From an uncultured Chloroflexia bacterium (GTDB taxonomy: Bacteria > Chloroflexota > Limnocylindria > Limnocylindrales > CSP1-4): a stretch of 64,000 bases of DNA. Position numbers and translations under genes: made by a program. Of this stretch, positions 52,758 to 60,943 are shown piece after piece (the first letter of the stretch is position 1; every line of letters begins with the position of its first letter). The notes beneath the pieces were generated by a model, which was given only the letters and a program-made list of their open reading frames with translations, did not search any database and was not told the origin of the DNA. The DNA lies in assembly GCA_963720755.1 (NCBI GenBank), contig CAVRGP010000006.1:220387-284386 (forward strand), read 5' to 3'.

Positions 52758-52966
52758 CCGCTCACTCGTCGGCCGGCCCGCATCGCGGTACGGGCCGCCC
52801 GGCCGACTTGACGGTGAGCGTATCTTCACGGCTAAGAGTTCCGGAGCCGGGCCCCGAGCCGGTCGAGCGCGCACCCCTCGTTTACGCGCGCTCATCGCCG
52901 ACCCGTTCAGCCGCGGCGTCGAGGTCTCGACCGTCGTAGGTCCCGAGCCGAGGAGGGTCTGGAAGG

Positions 52967-53272
52967 GTGTACCAGGACCGTAGTCTGACCTGTCGCGATT
53001 GCTCAGAGGAGTTCGTCTTCTCGGCCGGCGAGCAGGCGTTCTTCGCCAGCAAGATGCTGACCAATGATCCGCAGCGTTGCCCGTCCTGCAGGGCAGCTGC
53101 CAAGCGGGCGCGATCGAGTGACGGACCGCGCGAATTCCACGCCGCGATCTGCGGGGCCTGCGGGGGTCAGGCCGTCGTCCCGTTCGCGCCGAGGAACGAC
53201 CGCCCGGTGTACTGCAGCTCGTGCTTCGATCAGGTCCGCGCGGGAACGTCGAACGCGACGGTCACCGCCTGA
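52967..53272 (+). CDS. Zinc-ribbon / CxxC-x17-CxxC domain protein
   Basis: D..LTCRDC..EFVF...EQ.F; P.RCP.C; C..CG....VPF.P..DRPVYCS.CF. Confidence 0.88.
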   Translation: MYQDRSLTCRDCSEEFVFSAGEQAFFASKMLTNDPQRCPSCRAAAKRARSSDGPREFHAAICGACGGQAVVPFAPRNDRPVYCSSCFDQVRAGTSNATVTA

Positions 53273-53475
53273 TGGGCGTCATCATCATCCGGGAGATGGT
53301 CGGGACAAGCCCTGACTCCTGGAGCGATGCGGCCCGCCAGGCGGTCGCGACAGCATCTCGCACCGTCCGGAACATCCAGACCGTGGAGGTCGTGAAGTCA
53401 TCCGCGGTCGTGCGCGATGGCGAGATCGTGGAGTACCGGGTCGAGGTCAAGATCGGGTTCGAATACGAAGGTTGA
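53272..53475 (+). CDS. Dodecin family protein
   Basis: E.VGTS..SW.DA...A...ASRTVRN...EYRV.VKIGF. Confidence 0.88.
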   Translation: MGVIIIREMVGTSPDSWSDAARQAVATASRTVRNIQTVEVVKSSAVVRDGEIVEYRVEVKIGFEYEG

Positions 53476-53662
53476 GCCGGCCGGGTCAGGCAAGGGGTCG
53501 CAGCTAACCGGGAGGTGAGTGGCCAGCGCCAGGATGGCGCGCATGCCACCTCCCGACTCGACCCTCGATCTGGCTTTCGCGCGGCCCATCCGGACGCCTG
53601 TCGCGGTCGGGCCGGGTCGTCCAGTCGTCGGAACGTTCAGGCAGGGGGCGCCAGGCGACGGG

Positions 53663-56600
53663 ATGAGCGGCTATCCGATCCAACCCACGAAGGTCCAGTC
53701 TCCGCCGCTGCGGGACCAGACCCTCGCCCGCGATCGTCTGCTTGACTGGCTGGCCGCGCGGATCCACGACCGGGTGATCCTCCTGTTGGCGGATGCGGGC
53801 TACGGCAAGACGACTCTGCTCGCCGATTTCTCGCGACGGACCCGCGTCAGAACGCTGTGGTATCGGCTCGATGAGGACGACCGGGACTGGGTCCCGTTCC
53901 TGAGCCACATCGTGGCAGCCGGTCGCGAGCACGACCCCGGGTTCGCCCCGCGGACGACAGCCCTGCTGGGCGACATGGCGCTCGGCGGCCCGACCCGCGA
54001 GGCGGCCACGGACGTGCTCATCCGAGAACTGCCGACCATCTCGGAGCAGGGCGCTGCACTCATCCTCGACGACTTCCACCTTGTCGATGGGTCGGCGGAT
54101 GTCCGGTTCATCGTCAAGGAGCTCATCGCGAGGGCGCCGGAGCGGCTATCGATCATCTTCGCGAGCCGGCGCGCACCGACGATCCCGCTCGCGCAGATGC
54201 GCTCAGCTGGGGAACTTTCGGAACTCCGAACGGACGACCTCCGCTTCGATGTCGCCGAAACCAAGCGCCTGTTCACGGAGACATACGGGCGCGATCTGGA
54301 TGCCGACGTCATCGCTGACGTGGCCGCTCGGACCGAGGGCTGGGCCGCGTCACTCCAACTTGTCCAGGCGGCATTGCGAGATCGGTCACCGGCAGAGACC
54401 CGGCGGTTCGTCCGGAGTCTGTCCGGGGCGGACCAGGAGCTCTACGACTACCTCGCCGAGGAGGTGGTCGGCGATCTTGAGACGGACCTGCAGGACTTCC
54501 TCATGCGGACGTCCATCCTCCAGTTCGTCACCGCAGACCTGGCCGCCGTGGCCGCAGACATCGCACCACCGGAGGTCACCCGGCTCACCGTGGCGGCGGA
54601 GCGGTTGACGCTTCTGAGCCGGCCTCCCCGTTCATCACGCGGTCCGCAGCGATACCACCCACTCGTGCGCCAGTTCCTGGAGGCCCGTCTGCGAACGACC
54701 ATCGGAGATACGGCCATCGCCAACCTGCACCGGCGCGTCGCGGACGCCGCCTCCGAGCATGACTGGCGGACCGCAGCCCACCACTATCGGGAGGCCGGTG
54801 AGTACCACTCGTTGTCGAACACGATCGCCGGCGCGATCCCCGAGATCATGGGAAGTGGCCAGCACGCGATCGCCGCCGATGCCATCGACCGCGTGCCACA
54901 CGAGTCACGCCTGCCGATCCTGGGACTCGTCACTTCGCGGGTCCAGATGCAACGCCGCGACTACGACCCGGCGATCAAGGAGGCGCACGCAATTCTTGAG
55001 ATGGTCCAGCCTGGGTCTCAGGAGAGCGACTACGCACTCCTCAATCTCGTGACCTTCTACCTTCAGGCTGGCCTCGGTCGGCACTCCCTCCCGCTTGCAG
55101 AGCGGCTGCGCCAGACCACGTCGAGTGAGCACTTGAGACTGATAGCAGAGGGCACCGGCTTGATGATCGATGCAACCTTCGAGGGGAGCATTGACGCCAT
55201 GTCGACCCACCTCAAAACGATGGCGCGTCACCAGCAAGACGTCCACCCTCATTACTACGGCGTCACCATGCTCAACCTCGCGCTCACTTCCATGATCCAG
55301 GACGACCCTCAATCGGCCGTCGACGCCGCCGATGCGGCAATCGACGCCCTAGAAAACACCTCGTCGAGCATGGAGTTGTCGGCGGCATTCATGGCGCGCG
55401 GCTATGCGCTGACGCTTCTCGGGCAGCACGACCAAAGTCGACATGCAATCGCACGAGCCGCCGAGTTCGACGAGGTTGAAGCTGCATATGAGAGAGCTGA
55501 CCTTGCGGACAGCTTCATCGAGCCTGAGGCCGCTGCGCCGATGCTGCAAGCACTCGACGCAAGTTCCGATGCGTATGCTCGCCCCTACCACGTGATCCAA
55601 TCGGCCTGGTTCCTGGCTCGCCGCAATAGGTTCAAGGAAGCGCAGTTGGTGCTGGAGCAATCACAGCAAGGGGATGGCGTGCTCATGGGACACGCAACCG
55701 TCCGGCGAGTCACGGCGGCGTACGTGGCGGTGGCTTCAGAATCCAGCGCCGCGCCACGCCTCATCGAGGAAGCTTGGAAGGTTTCAAGAGACCAGGGCGC
55801 GACGCGATGGAGACGCGCCGCAGAACTTCTCAGAGCGGTCTCGGGGTCCACGAGCGACCTCAACTCGACGATCCGGAATGTGGGGTCCGTCTCTCCCTGG
55901 ACTCTGACCCTGCTCGCAGACCTTGTGTCTCGCCGGCTGGACGACATCGACATGCTTGCGATCTCGGCCGTGCAGAGTGCCGCCGCGTTGCATCCTGGCC
56001 GCTGGAGATTTGTCCTCCGACGTCGCGTTTCCGAAACCTCTGCAGAGGGAAGTCTTGCGGCCGCTCGCCTGCTCGAGACGATTGGTCAGAAGCAAGATGT
56101 GCAGCTCCTCCGATCGTTCGCCAGACTTCATCGTAGGCAACCGGGCGTCTCCAATCTGGGTCGGACGCTTGCGCGCCGGCTTGCGGACCCAGTCGTTGTG
56201 GAAGATCAGGGTCGCGTCGCGATGGTTGTGGGTGAGCGGAATATCTCGGGCTCGACCATCCGACGGAAAGTGCTGGCTTTGCTTTGCTTTCTGCTAACGA
56301 GACCCGGACTCTCAAGTACACGAGACCAGGTGCTCGACGCTCTGTGGCCAGACCTTGACCCACCAGACGCCGTCAACTCGCTAAATCAGACTGTGTACTT
56401 CTTGCGACGAGTGATCGAGGAGCGGTATGTCGATGACCTCTCGCCCGGCTACTTGCACCACGACTCGGACCTGATATGGCTTGACCCAGAACTCATCTCG
56501 AGTCGCAGTAACGAATGCAGGATGTTGATACAGGCGTTGCCTGTGGAACCTACGCCTGACCAGGTTGCGACCCTGGTCGAGACGTATCACGGTCGCTTCG

Positions 56601-56908
56601 CCCTCGACTTCGAGTACGAAGAGTGGGCCGCCCCGTACAGAGACTGGCTGCACGCGTCGTATCTCGAGATTGTCGAACGGGCGGTAACACGCGATCTCGA
56701 AACCGGCCACTTTGACCGCGGCATCAAGCTTGCCAGACGCGCGATGGACATCGATCCCGACGCCGACAACATCGAGGTGTCGTTGATCCGCTTGTACCAC
56801 GCCAGCAGCGCACACAACGCGGCAGCCGAGCAGTACGCGCACTACGCCAACTCGGTCCGCGACCAGCTCGGAATCGAACCACCTACCCTCAATTCGTTGT
56901 GGGGATAG
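53663..56908 (+). CDS. Large STAND (MalT-like) ATPase/TPR regulator with C-terminal wHTH and BTAD domains
   Basis: ADAGYGKTT, LILDDFH, TEGWAA, RYHPL; C-terminal ALLCFLL...RDQVLDALWP...NSLNQTVYFLRR and BTAD-like helices ending LGIEP. Confidence 0.85.
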   Translation: MSGYPIQPTKVQSPPLRDQTLARDRLLDWLAARIHDRVILLLADAGYGKTTLLADFSRRTRVRTLWYRLDEDDRDWVPFLSHIVAAGREHDPGFAPRTTALLGDMALGGPTREAATDVLIRELPTISEQGAALILDDFHLVDGSADVRFIVKELIARAPERLSIIFASRRAPTIPLAQMRSAGELSELRTDDLRFDVAETKRLFTETYGRDLDADVIADVAARTEGWAASLQLVQAALRDRSPAETRRFVRSLSGADQELYDYLAEEVVGDLETDLQDFLMRTSILQFVTADLAAVAADIAPPEVTRLTVAAERLTLLSRPPRSSRGPQRYHPLVRQFLEARLRTTIGDTAIANLHRRVADAASEHDWRTAAHHYREAGEYHSLSNTIAGAIPEIMGSGQHAIAADAIDRVPHESRLPILGLVTSRVQMQRRDYDPAIKEAHAILEMVQPGSQESDYALLNLVTFYLQAGLGRHSLPLAERLRQTTSSEHLRLIAEGTGLMIDATFEGSIDAMSTHLKTMARHQQDVHPHYYGVTMLNLALTSMIQDDPQSAVDAADAAIDALENTSSSMELSAAFMARGYALTLLGQHDQSRHAIARAAEFDEVEAAYERADLADSFIEPEAAAPMLQALDASSDAYARPYHVIQSAWFLARRNRFKEAQLVLEQSQQGDGVLMGHATVRRVTAAYVAVASESSAAPRLIEEAWKVSRDQGATRWRRAAELLRAVSGSTSDLNSTIRNVGSVSPWTLTLLADLVSRRLDDIDMLAISAVQSAAALHPGRWRFVLRRRVSETSAEGSLAAARLLETIGQKQDVQLLRSFARLHRRQPGVSNLGRTLARRLADPVVVEDQGRVAMVVGERNISGSTIRRKVLALLCFLLTRPGLSSTRDQVLDALWPDLDPPDAVNSLNQTVYFLRRVIEERYVDDLSPGYLHHDSDLIWLDPELISSRSNECRMLIQALPVEPTPDQVATLVETYHGRFALDFEYEEWAAPYRDWLHASYLEIVERAVTRDLETGHFDRGIKLARRAMDIDPDADNIEVSLIRLYHASSAHNAAAEQYAHYANSVRDQLGIEPPTLNSLWG

Positions 56909-56921
56909 GTAAGGTTGCGTA

Positions 56922-56951
56922 TTGACCGGTTCACTCGCCGGTCCATATAGT
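56922..56951 (+). promoter_or_regulatory. Putative promoter of the riboswitch/peptide/HD-GYP operon
   Basis: TTGACC (56922-56927), 18 nt, TATAGT (56946-56951). Confidence 0.65.
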
Positions 56952-56996
56952 CCCGGGACTTCGTAGTACTCCAGTACTAGGAAGCCAAGTCAATAC

Positions 56997-57068
56997 GCTC
57001 GGACGCGCTGAAGCACCACCTGAAATGGGCACTTGGGGTGGAGCAGAGCGAGTAGTGCAACCGACCGA
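56997..57068 (+). ncRNA. c-di-GMP-II riboswitch
   Basis: TCGGA...TGAAG...GGGCACTTG...GAGC.AGTAGTGCAACCGAC; GCAC/GTGC pseudoknot pair; P1 TCGG/CCGA. Confidence 0.82.
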
Positions 57069-57090
57069 CCACAAGTCAGGTCGGTTTTTG
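57059..57090 (+). terminator. Riboswitch expression-platform terminator
   Basis: AACCGACC-GAC-CACAA-GTC-A-GGTCGGTT-TTT; overlaps the aptamer 3' strand. Confidence 0.78.
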
Positions 57091-57129
57091 TGTTCCTTGG
57101 AACACGAAGGCCGCGAAGGAGGATCGAGC

Positions 57130-57162
57130 GTGAATCCGGAAACGATCAGCAAGGGCTGGTAG
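57130..57162 (+). CDS. Possible 10-aa micro-ORF (MNPETISKGW)
   Basis: AAGGAGG at 57116-57122, 7 nt before GTG. Confidence 0.35.
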   Translation: MNPETISKGW

Positions 57163-57173
57163 AGGGCCTTCCA

Positions 57174-57263
57174 ATGAAGGCCAAGATTTCGCGAATCATG
57201 GTGGCGCTAATAAGTGTCGCTTTGGTCGCGGTGGCTGGCGGAGCGTCATTACGAGGCTTCTAG
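57174..57263 (+). CDS. 29-aa putative signalling-peptide precursor
   Basis: MKAKISRIMVALISVALVAVAGGASLRGF: basic N-region, hydrophobic core, GGA, short polar/aromatic tail; GAGGG upstream. Confidence 0.75.
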   Translation: MKAKISRIMVALISVALVAVAGGASLRGF

Positions 57264-57337
57264 TACGTTTGGATTGATTACCAAGCAGAGCTGTAGGTAA
57301 TACAGTCGTTGCTGATCGTCCACGTACGGGGCAGTAG

Positions 57338-58738
57338 ATGCCGCAATCGCTAAAAGCCTACGTCACGGGAGTCGTGACCCTGAGTGCTCTCGCACTCGTG
57401 GTTGCGACTCTTGTGTTTCCCGCTGGTCCGGGGATCGCGCTTGGCGCCAGCGGACCCGTACCAACCATTTCCGAAATCTGGCTAGGCGTCGCGTTCTGGA
57501 TCGTTCTCACGCTCATTGCATCCGCGTTGCCGGTCAAACTGCCGATGGGCACGCACCAGGCTGTTGCCATGGCACCCCTCATCGCCGCGATGTCGTTGGG
57601 CGGACCGGCCGTCGCTGGATGGGTTGCAGCGCTAGGTTCCACCGAAGCTCGCGAGCTTCGAGGTCGCATCCCTTGGTATGGGTCGCTGGTCAATCATGCC
57701 GGGGCGACACTGCCAGCAATTCTCGGCGGTGTGGTAAGTAGCGTGATCCTGCGGGTCGCCGGACAATCTGGGCGGCAGGACCTTGGGATCGACCTGATCG
57801 CCACACTTGCGGGGTCGGCAGTCCTGCTCGGCTTGAACACTGCTATCGCCGCGGGCGTGCTCGCGTTGAGAACCGAGCAGCCCTTCGCAACCGTGCTCGG
57901 AGGCGACTACCGAGCCACAGCGTTCAACAATCTCGCGCTAGTCCCACTGGGTTGGCTCATGGCGCTCGTGTACTCGACCCTCTGGTGGGCAACACTCCTC
58001 TTCGCCGTACCGCTGTATACGACTCGGATGGCGTCGGTGCGGTTCGTGGAGATGCGCGACATGTTCACGCAGACGATCGGGGCCCTGGCGGCTGCTGTGG
58101 ACAAGCGAGATCCATTCACGGCGGAGCACAGCCGGAACGTGAAGACGATCTCGGTCGATATCGGGCGGGTCATGCGGCTCAGTGACGCGGAGCTGGAAGC
58201 CCTCGAGTGGGGGGGCCTGCTCCACGATATCGGGAAGATCGGCATTCCGGACAACGTCCTCAAGAAGCCTGAGCGCCTGACCCGAGAGGAACGGATGATG
58301 ATGAATGCGCACCCGGTCAAGGGTGCCGAGATCATCGAGCCGGTCGCCAAGTTGGCCGCGGAACTGCCGATCATCCGACACCACCATGAGTGGTACAACG
58401 GCTCGGGCTACCCGGACCGTTTGATCGGCGACGAGATCCCGAAACTGGCCCGCATCCTGCACGTGGCCGACGCCTTCGAGGCGATGACCGCAGCTCGACC
58501 CTATCGCATGACCCCGTTGACCCCGGAGATCGCACTCGCGGAATTGCGCAAGTTCGCCGGCGTGCAGTTCGACCCGGTCGTGGTCGATGCATTCGTCCGG
58601 ACGCGTCACGCCGATGGGGTGGCGGACGCCGGACGCACGCCCGAGCCTCGACAGATCCCGCTGATCGCCCAGGCTGCGGAGCGCATGGCGATGCCCAGCT
58701 CCGGGCCTGCCCCAGGCTCGCCGACCGATCTCGGCTGA
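57338..58738 (+). CDS. Membrane-sensor HD-GYP cyclic-dinucleotide phosphodiesterase
   Basis: About 7 N-terminal TM segments; DPFT..HS, LLHDIGK, HHEWYNGSGYP, VADAFEAMT..RPY, QFDP. Confidence 0.92.
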   Translation: MPQSLKAYVTGVVTLSALALVVATLVFPAGPGIALGASGPVPTISEIWLGVAFWIVLTLIASALPVKLPMGTHQAVAMAPLIAAMSLGGPAVAGWVAALGSTEARELRGRIPWYGSLVNHAGATLPAILGGVVSSVILRVAGQSGRQDLGIDLIATLAGSAVLLGLNTAIAAGVLALRTEQPFATVLGGDYRATAFNNLALVPLGWLMALVYSTLWWATLLFAVPLYTTRMASVRFVEMRDMFTQTIGALAAAVDKRDPFTAEHSRNVKTISVDIGRVMRLSDAELEALEWGGLLHDIGKIGIPDNVLKKPERLTREERMMMNAHPVKGAEIIEPVAKLAAELPIIRHHHEWYNGSGYPDRLIGDEIPKLARILHVADAFEAMTAARPYRMTPLTPEIALAELRKFAGVQFDPVVVDAFVRTRHADGVADAGRTPEPRQIPLIAQAAERMAMPSSGPAPGSPTDLG

Positions 58739-58819
58739 GGCGACCGACCGCTCCACCGCCCACCCGAACCCTCGCTGGCTGCCTCATGATGCAGCCGTGA
58801 ACGCCGTACAACGCTGCCC

Positions 58820-60847
58820 ATGCTGATCGGCGGCATCGCGCTCGGGCTGATCCTCGGCCTGCTCGTCGGCGGCAGCATCACGAACCTCGCCTACATCCAC
58901 CTGCGCCGTCTCCGGTTGCTGCTGGTCGCGGTGGCACTCCGGTTGGCGACCGACTACCTGCTCAACGCAGGCTTCCCGATCGTCGAGCAGCTCCGAGTGC
59001 CGCTACTCGCAGCGGCGTACGCCCTGCTCCTGGTCGCGCTATGGGCGAACCGCGGGTACCCGGGCATGAGCCTCGCCTTCATCGGCGTCCTGTCGAATGC
59101 CGTGGTCATCGTGATCAACGGCGGCTACATGCCGATCTACCTGCCCAGCCTGGAACTGGCCGGACTGACCCAGGCTGACATCACGTCGGCCCTCCATTCG
59201 TTCCTTCCCGCAGCCCTCGATGCGAACTTCCTGCTCCACCTTGGCCCGTTCTCGGACGTCATCCCGATCCCCTTCCCGATCGTCCAGAACGTGGCTTCGG
59301 TCGGGGACGCGTTCCTGACCCTCGGCCTGGCGTTCTTCCTGTTCGCGGGTGTCGTTCGGATCCCGCATGAACTCGACGAGGAGCAACTCGCCGCGATCAA
59401 ACGGCGGCTCGCCAACGCGTCTCACTCGCGTCGACCGCGGCGCGCCGGCGATCCGGGCGCCGAAACGGGCCTGTCGCCGGCCTTCGCGGGTGCCGTTGCC
59501 CTGGAACGCCCGCTCATGCTCGGCAGTGCGGGGGCCGGCCTTGCGTCGCCGTCCATGACGTCGTTCGAGAGCGACGCCGCCGCCGTCTTCCCGGAGCCGT
59601 CGGACACGCTCGTCCGGGTCCGCCAGCACCCATACGTTCGGCTCGCCCTCAACGGATCGTTCTCGGCGCTGTGGGCCGGTCAGCTCATCTCGCTGTTCGG
59701 CGATCGACTGAACCAGCTCGCGCTCGTCGCGGTCGTCCTCATCTCGACCGGGTCGACCCTTGCCAGCGGGTTGGTGTTCTTTGCGGCCACGCTCCCGAAC
59801 CTGCTCCTGAGCCCGATCGCCGGGACATTCGTGGACCGATGGGATCGCAAGGAGGTGATGATCGTCAGCGACGTCCTGCGGGCGGCGCTCGTGCTCATCC
59901 TGCCGATCGTCGCCGTATGGAACCTGCTGCTGGTCTACCCGCTCGTCTTCCTGGTCACCAGCATCTCCGTGTTCTTTCGGCCCGCTCGGGTGGCCATCCT
60001 GCCGCGGGTCGTGCCCGAGGAGGACCTGCTCAGCGCGAACTCCGCGCTGTGGGTCGGCGAGACCATCGCCGATATCGTGGGGTACCCCCTGGCCGCAGCG
60101 TTCGTGGCCGTCCTCGGTTCCTCCGTGCCGCTTGCGTTCTGGGTCGATGCAGCGACGTATCTGGCCTCAGCAGCCCTGATCAGCACGATCGTCCTGCACG
60201 CAGCGCCCGCGAGCGACGTCGAGACCGGTACGGGTGCGGGGTTCCTCGCGGAGATGGCTGCCGGCTGGCAGTTCCTGCGGCACGAAACCGTGCTGCTCGC
60301 GAACACACTCCAAGGTGTGGCCGGCCAGTTCAGCCTCGGGATCACGATCGCCCTGACGCCGGCCTTCGTCGAGGTCGCCTTCGCCGACTCCGGATATCGA
60401 TGGCAGGCGGTCTACGGATTCCTCGAGGCGGGGATCGGGCTCGGAAACCTCGTCGGTGGATTCATCATCGGACTCCTCGGCACGCGCTTCGCGAAGGGTC
60501 GGATGGTGATCATCGGGTACACCGCCTGGGGCCTCTCCATCTTCCTGTTCGCCTTGTCGGGCAATGTGGCGGTCGCCCTCGGACTCGCGTTCGGCCAGGG
60601 TGTCGCGAACATGATCTTCATCATCCCGAGCCAGACCCTGTTCCAGGAGCGCACGCCGGCCGCGCTGATGGGTCGCGTCGTCGGGTTCCGGTTCGCGCTC
60701 GTGTTCGGTTCGATGACCTTCGCGATGGCGATCGGCGCCATCTTCGGGCAGATCGTCGGAGCGGCGCCGGTCATGGCGGTCTTCGGGCTGGTGACCGTCG
60801 CGGCTGGGCTCGCCGGGATGCTCGTCCCGGCGGTTCGTGATGCCTGA
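58820..60847 (+). CDS. DUF5317-like membrane domain fused to an MFS transporter
   Basis: N-terminal SNAVVIVINGGYMP...DVIP...SVGD; linker; then F.ALW.GQLIS.FGD, AGTFVDRWDRK and MGRV of a 12-TM MFS. Confidence 0.82.
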   Translation: MLIGGIALGLILGLLVGGSITNLAYIHLRRLRLLLVAVALRLATDYLLNAGFPIVEQLRVPLLAAAYALLLVALWANRGYPGMSLAFIGVLSNAVVIVINGGYMPIYLPSLELAGLTQADITSALHSFLPAALDANFLLHLGPFSDVIPIPFPIVQNVASVGDAFLTLGLAFFLFAGVVRIPHELDEEQLAAIKRRLANASHSRRPRRAGDPGAETGLSPAFAGAVALERPLMLGSAGAGLASPSMTSFESDAAAVFPEPSDTLVRVRQHPYVRLALNGSFSALWAGQLISLFGDRLNQLALVAVVLISTGSTLASGLVFFAATLPNLLLSPIAGTFVDRWDRKEVMIVSDVLRAALVLILPIVAVWNLLLVYPLVFLVTSISVFFRPARVAILPRVVPEEDLLSANSALWVGETIADIVGYPLAAAFVAVLGSSVPLAFWVDAATYLASAALISTIVLHAAPASDVETGTGAGFLAEMAAGWQFLRHETVLLANTLQGVAGQFSLGITIALTPAFVEVAFADSGYRWQAVYGFLEAGIGLGNLVGGFIIGLLGTRFAKGRMVIIGYTAWGLSIFLFALSGNVAVALGLAFGQGVANMIFIIPSQTLFQERTPAALMGRVVGFRFALVFGSMTFAMAIGAIFGQIVGAAPVMAVFGLVTVAAGLAGMLVPAVRDA

Positions 60848-60943
60848 TCGGATCGCGTTCGAACGGGGGTACGGCGCCTTCGGTACACTGGCGCCCGCAC
60901 GAGGACCGACGATCGGGGCCGCTGCCAGGAGAGACACGACCGA

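Noticed and set aside
52812-52832. GTGA-N8-TCAC as a CRP site
   Set aside because: Spacer length does not fit TGTGA-N6-TCACA
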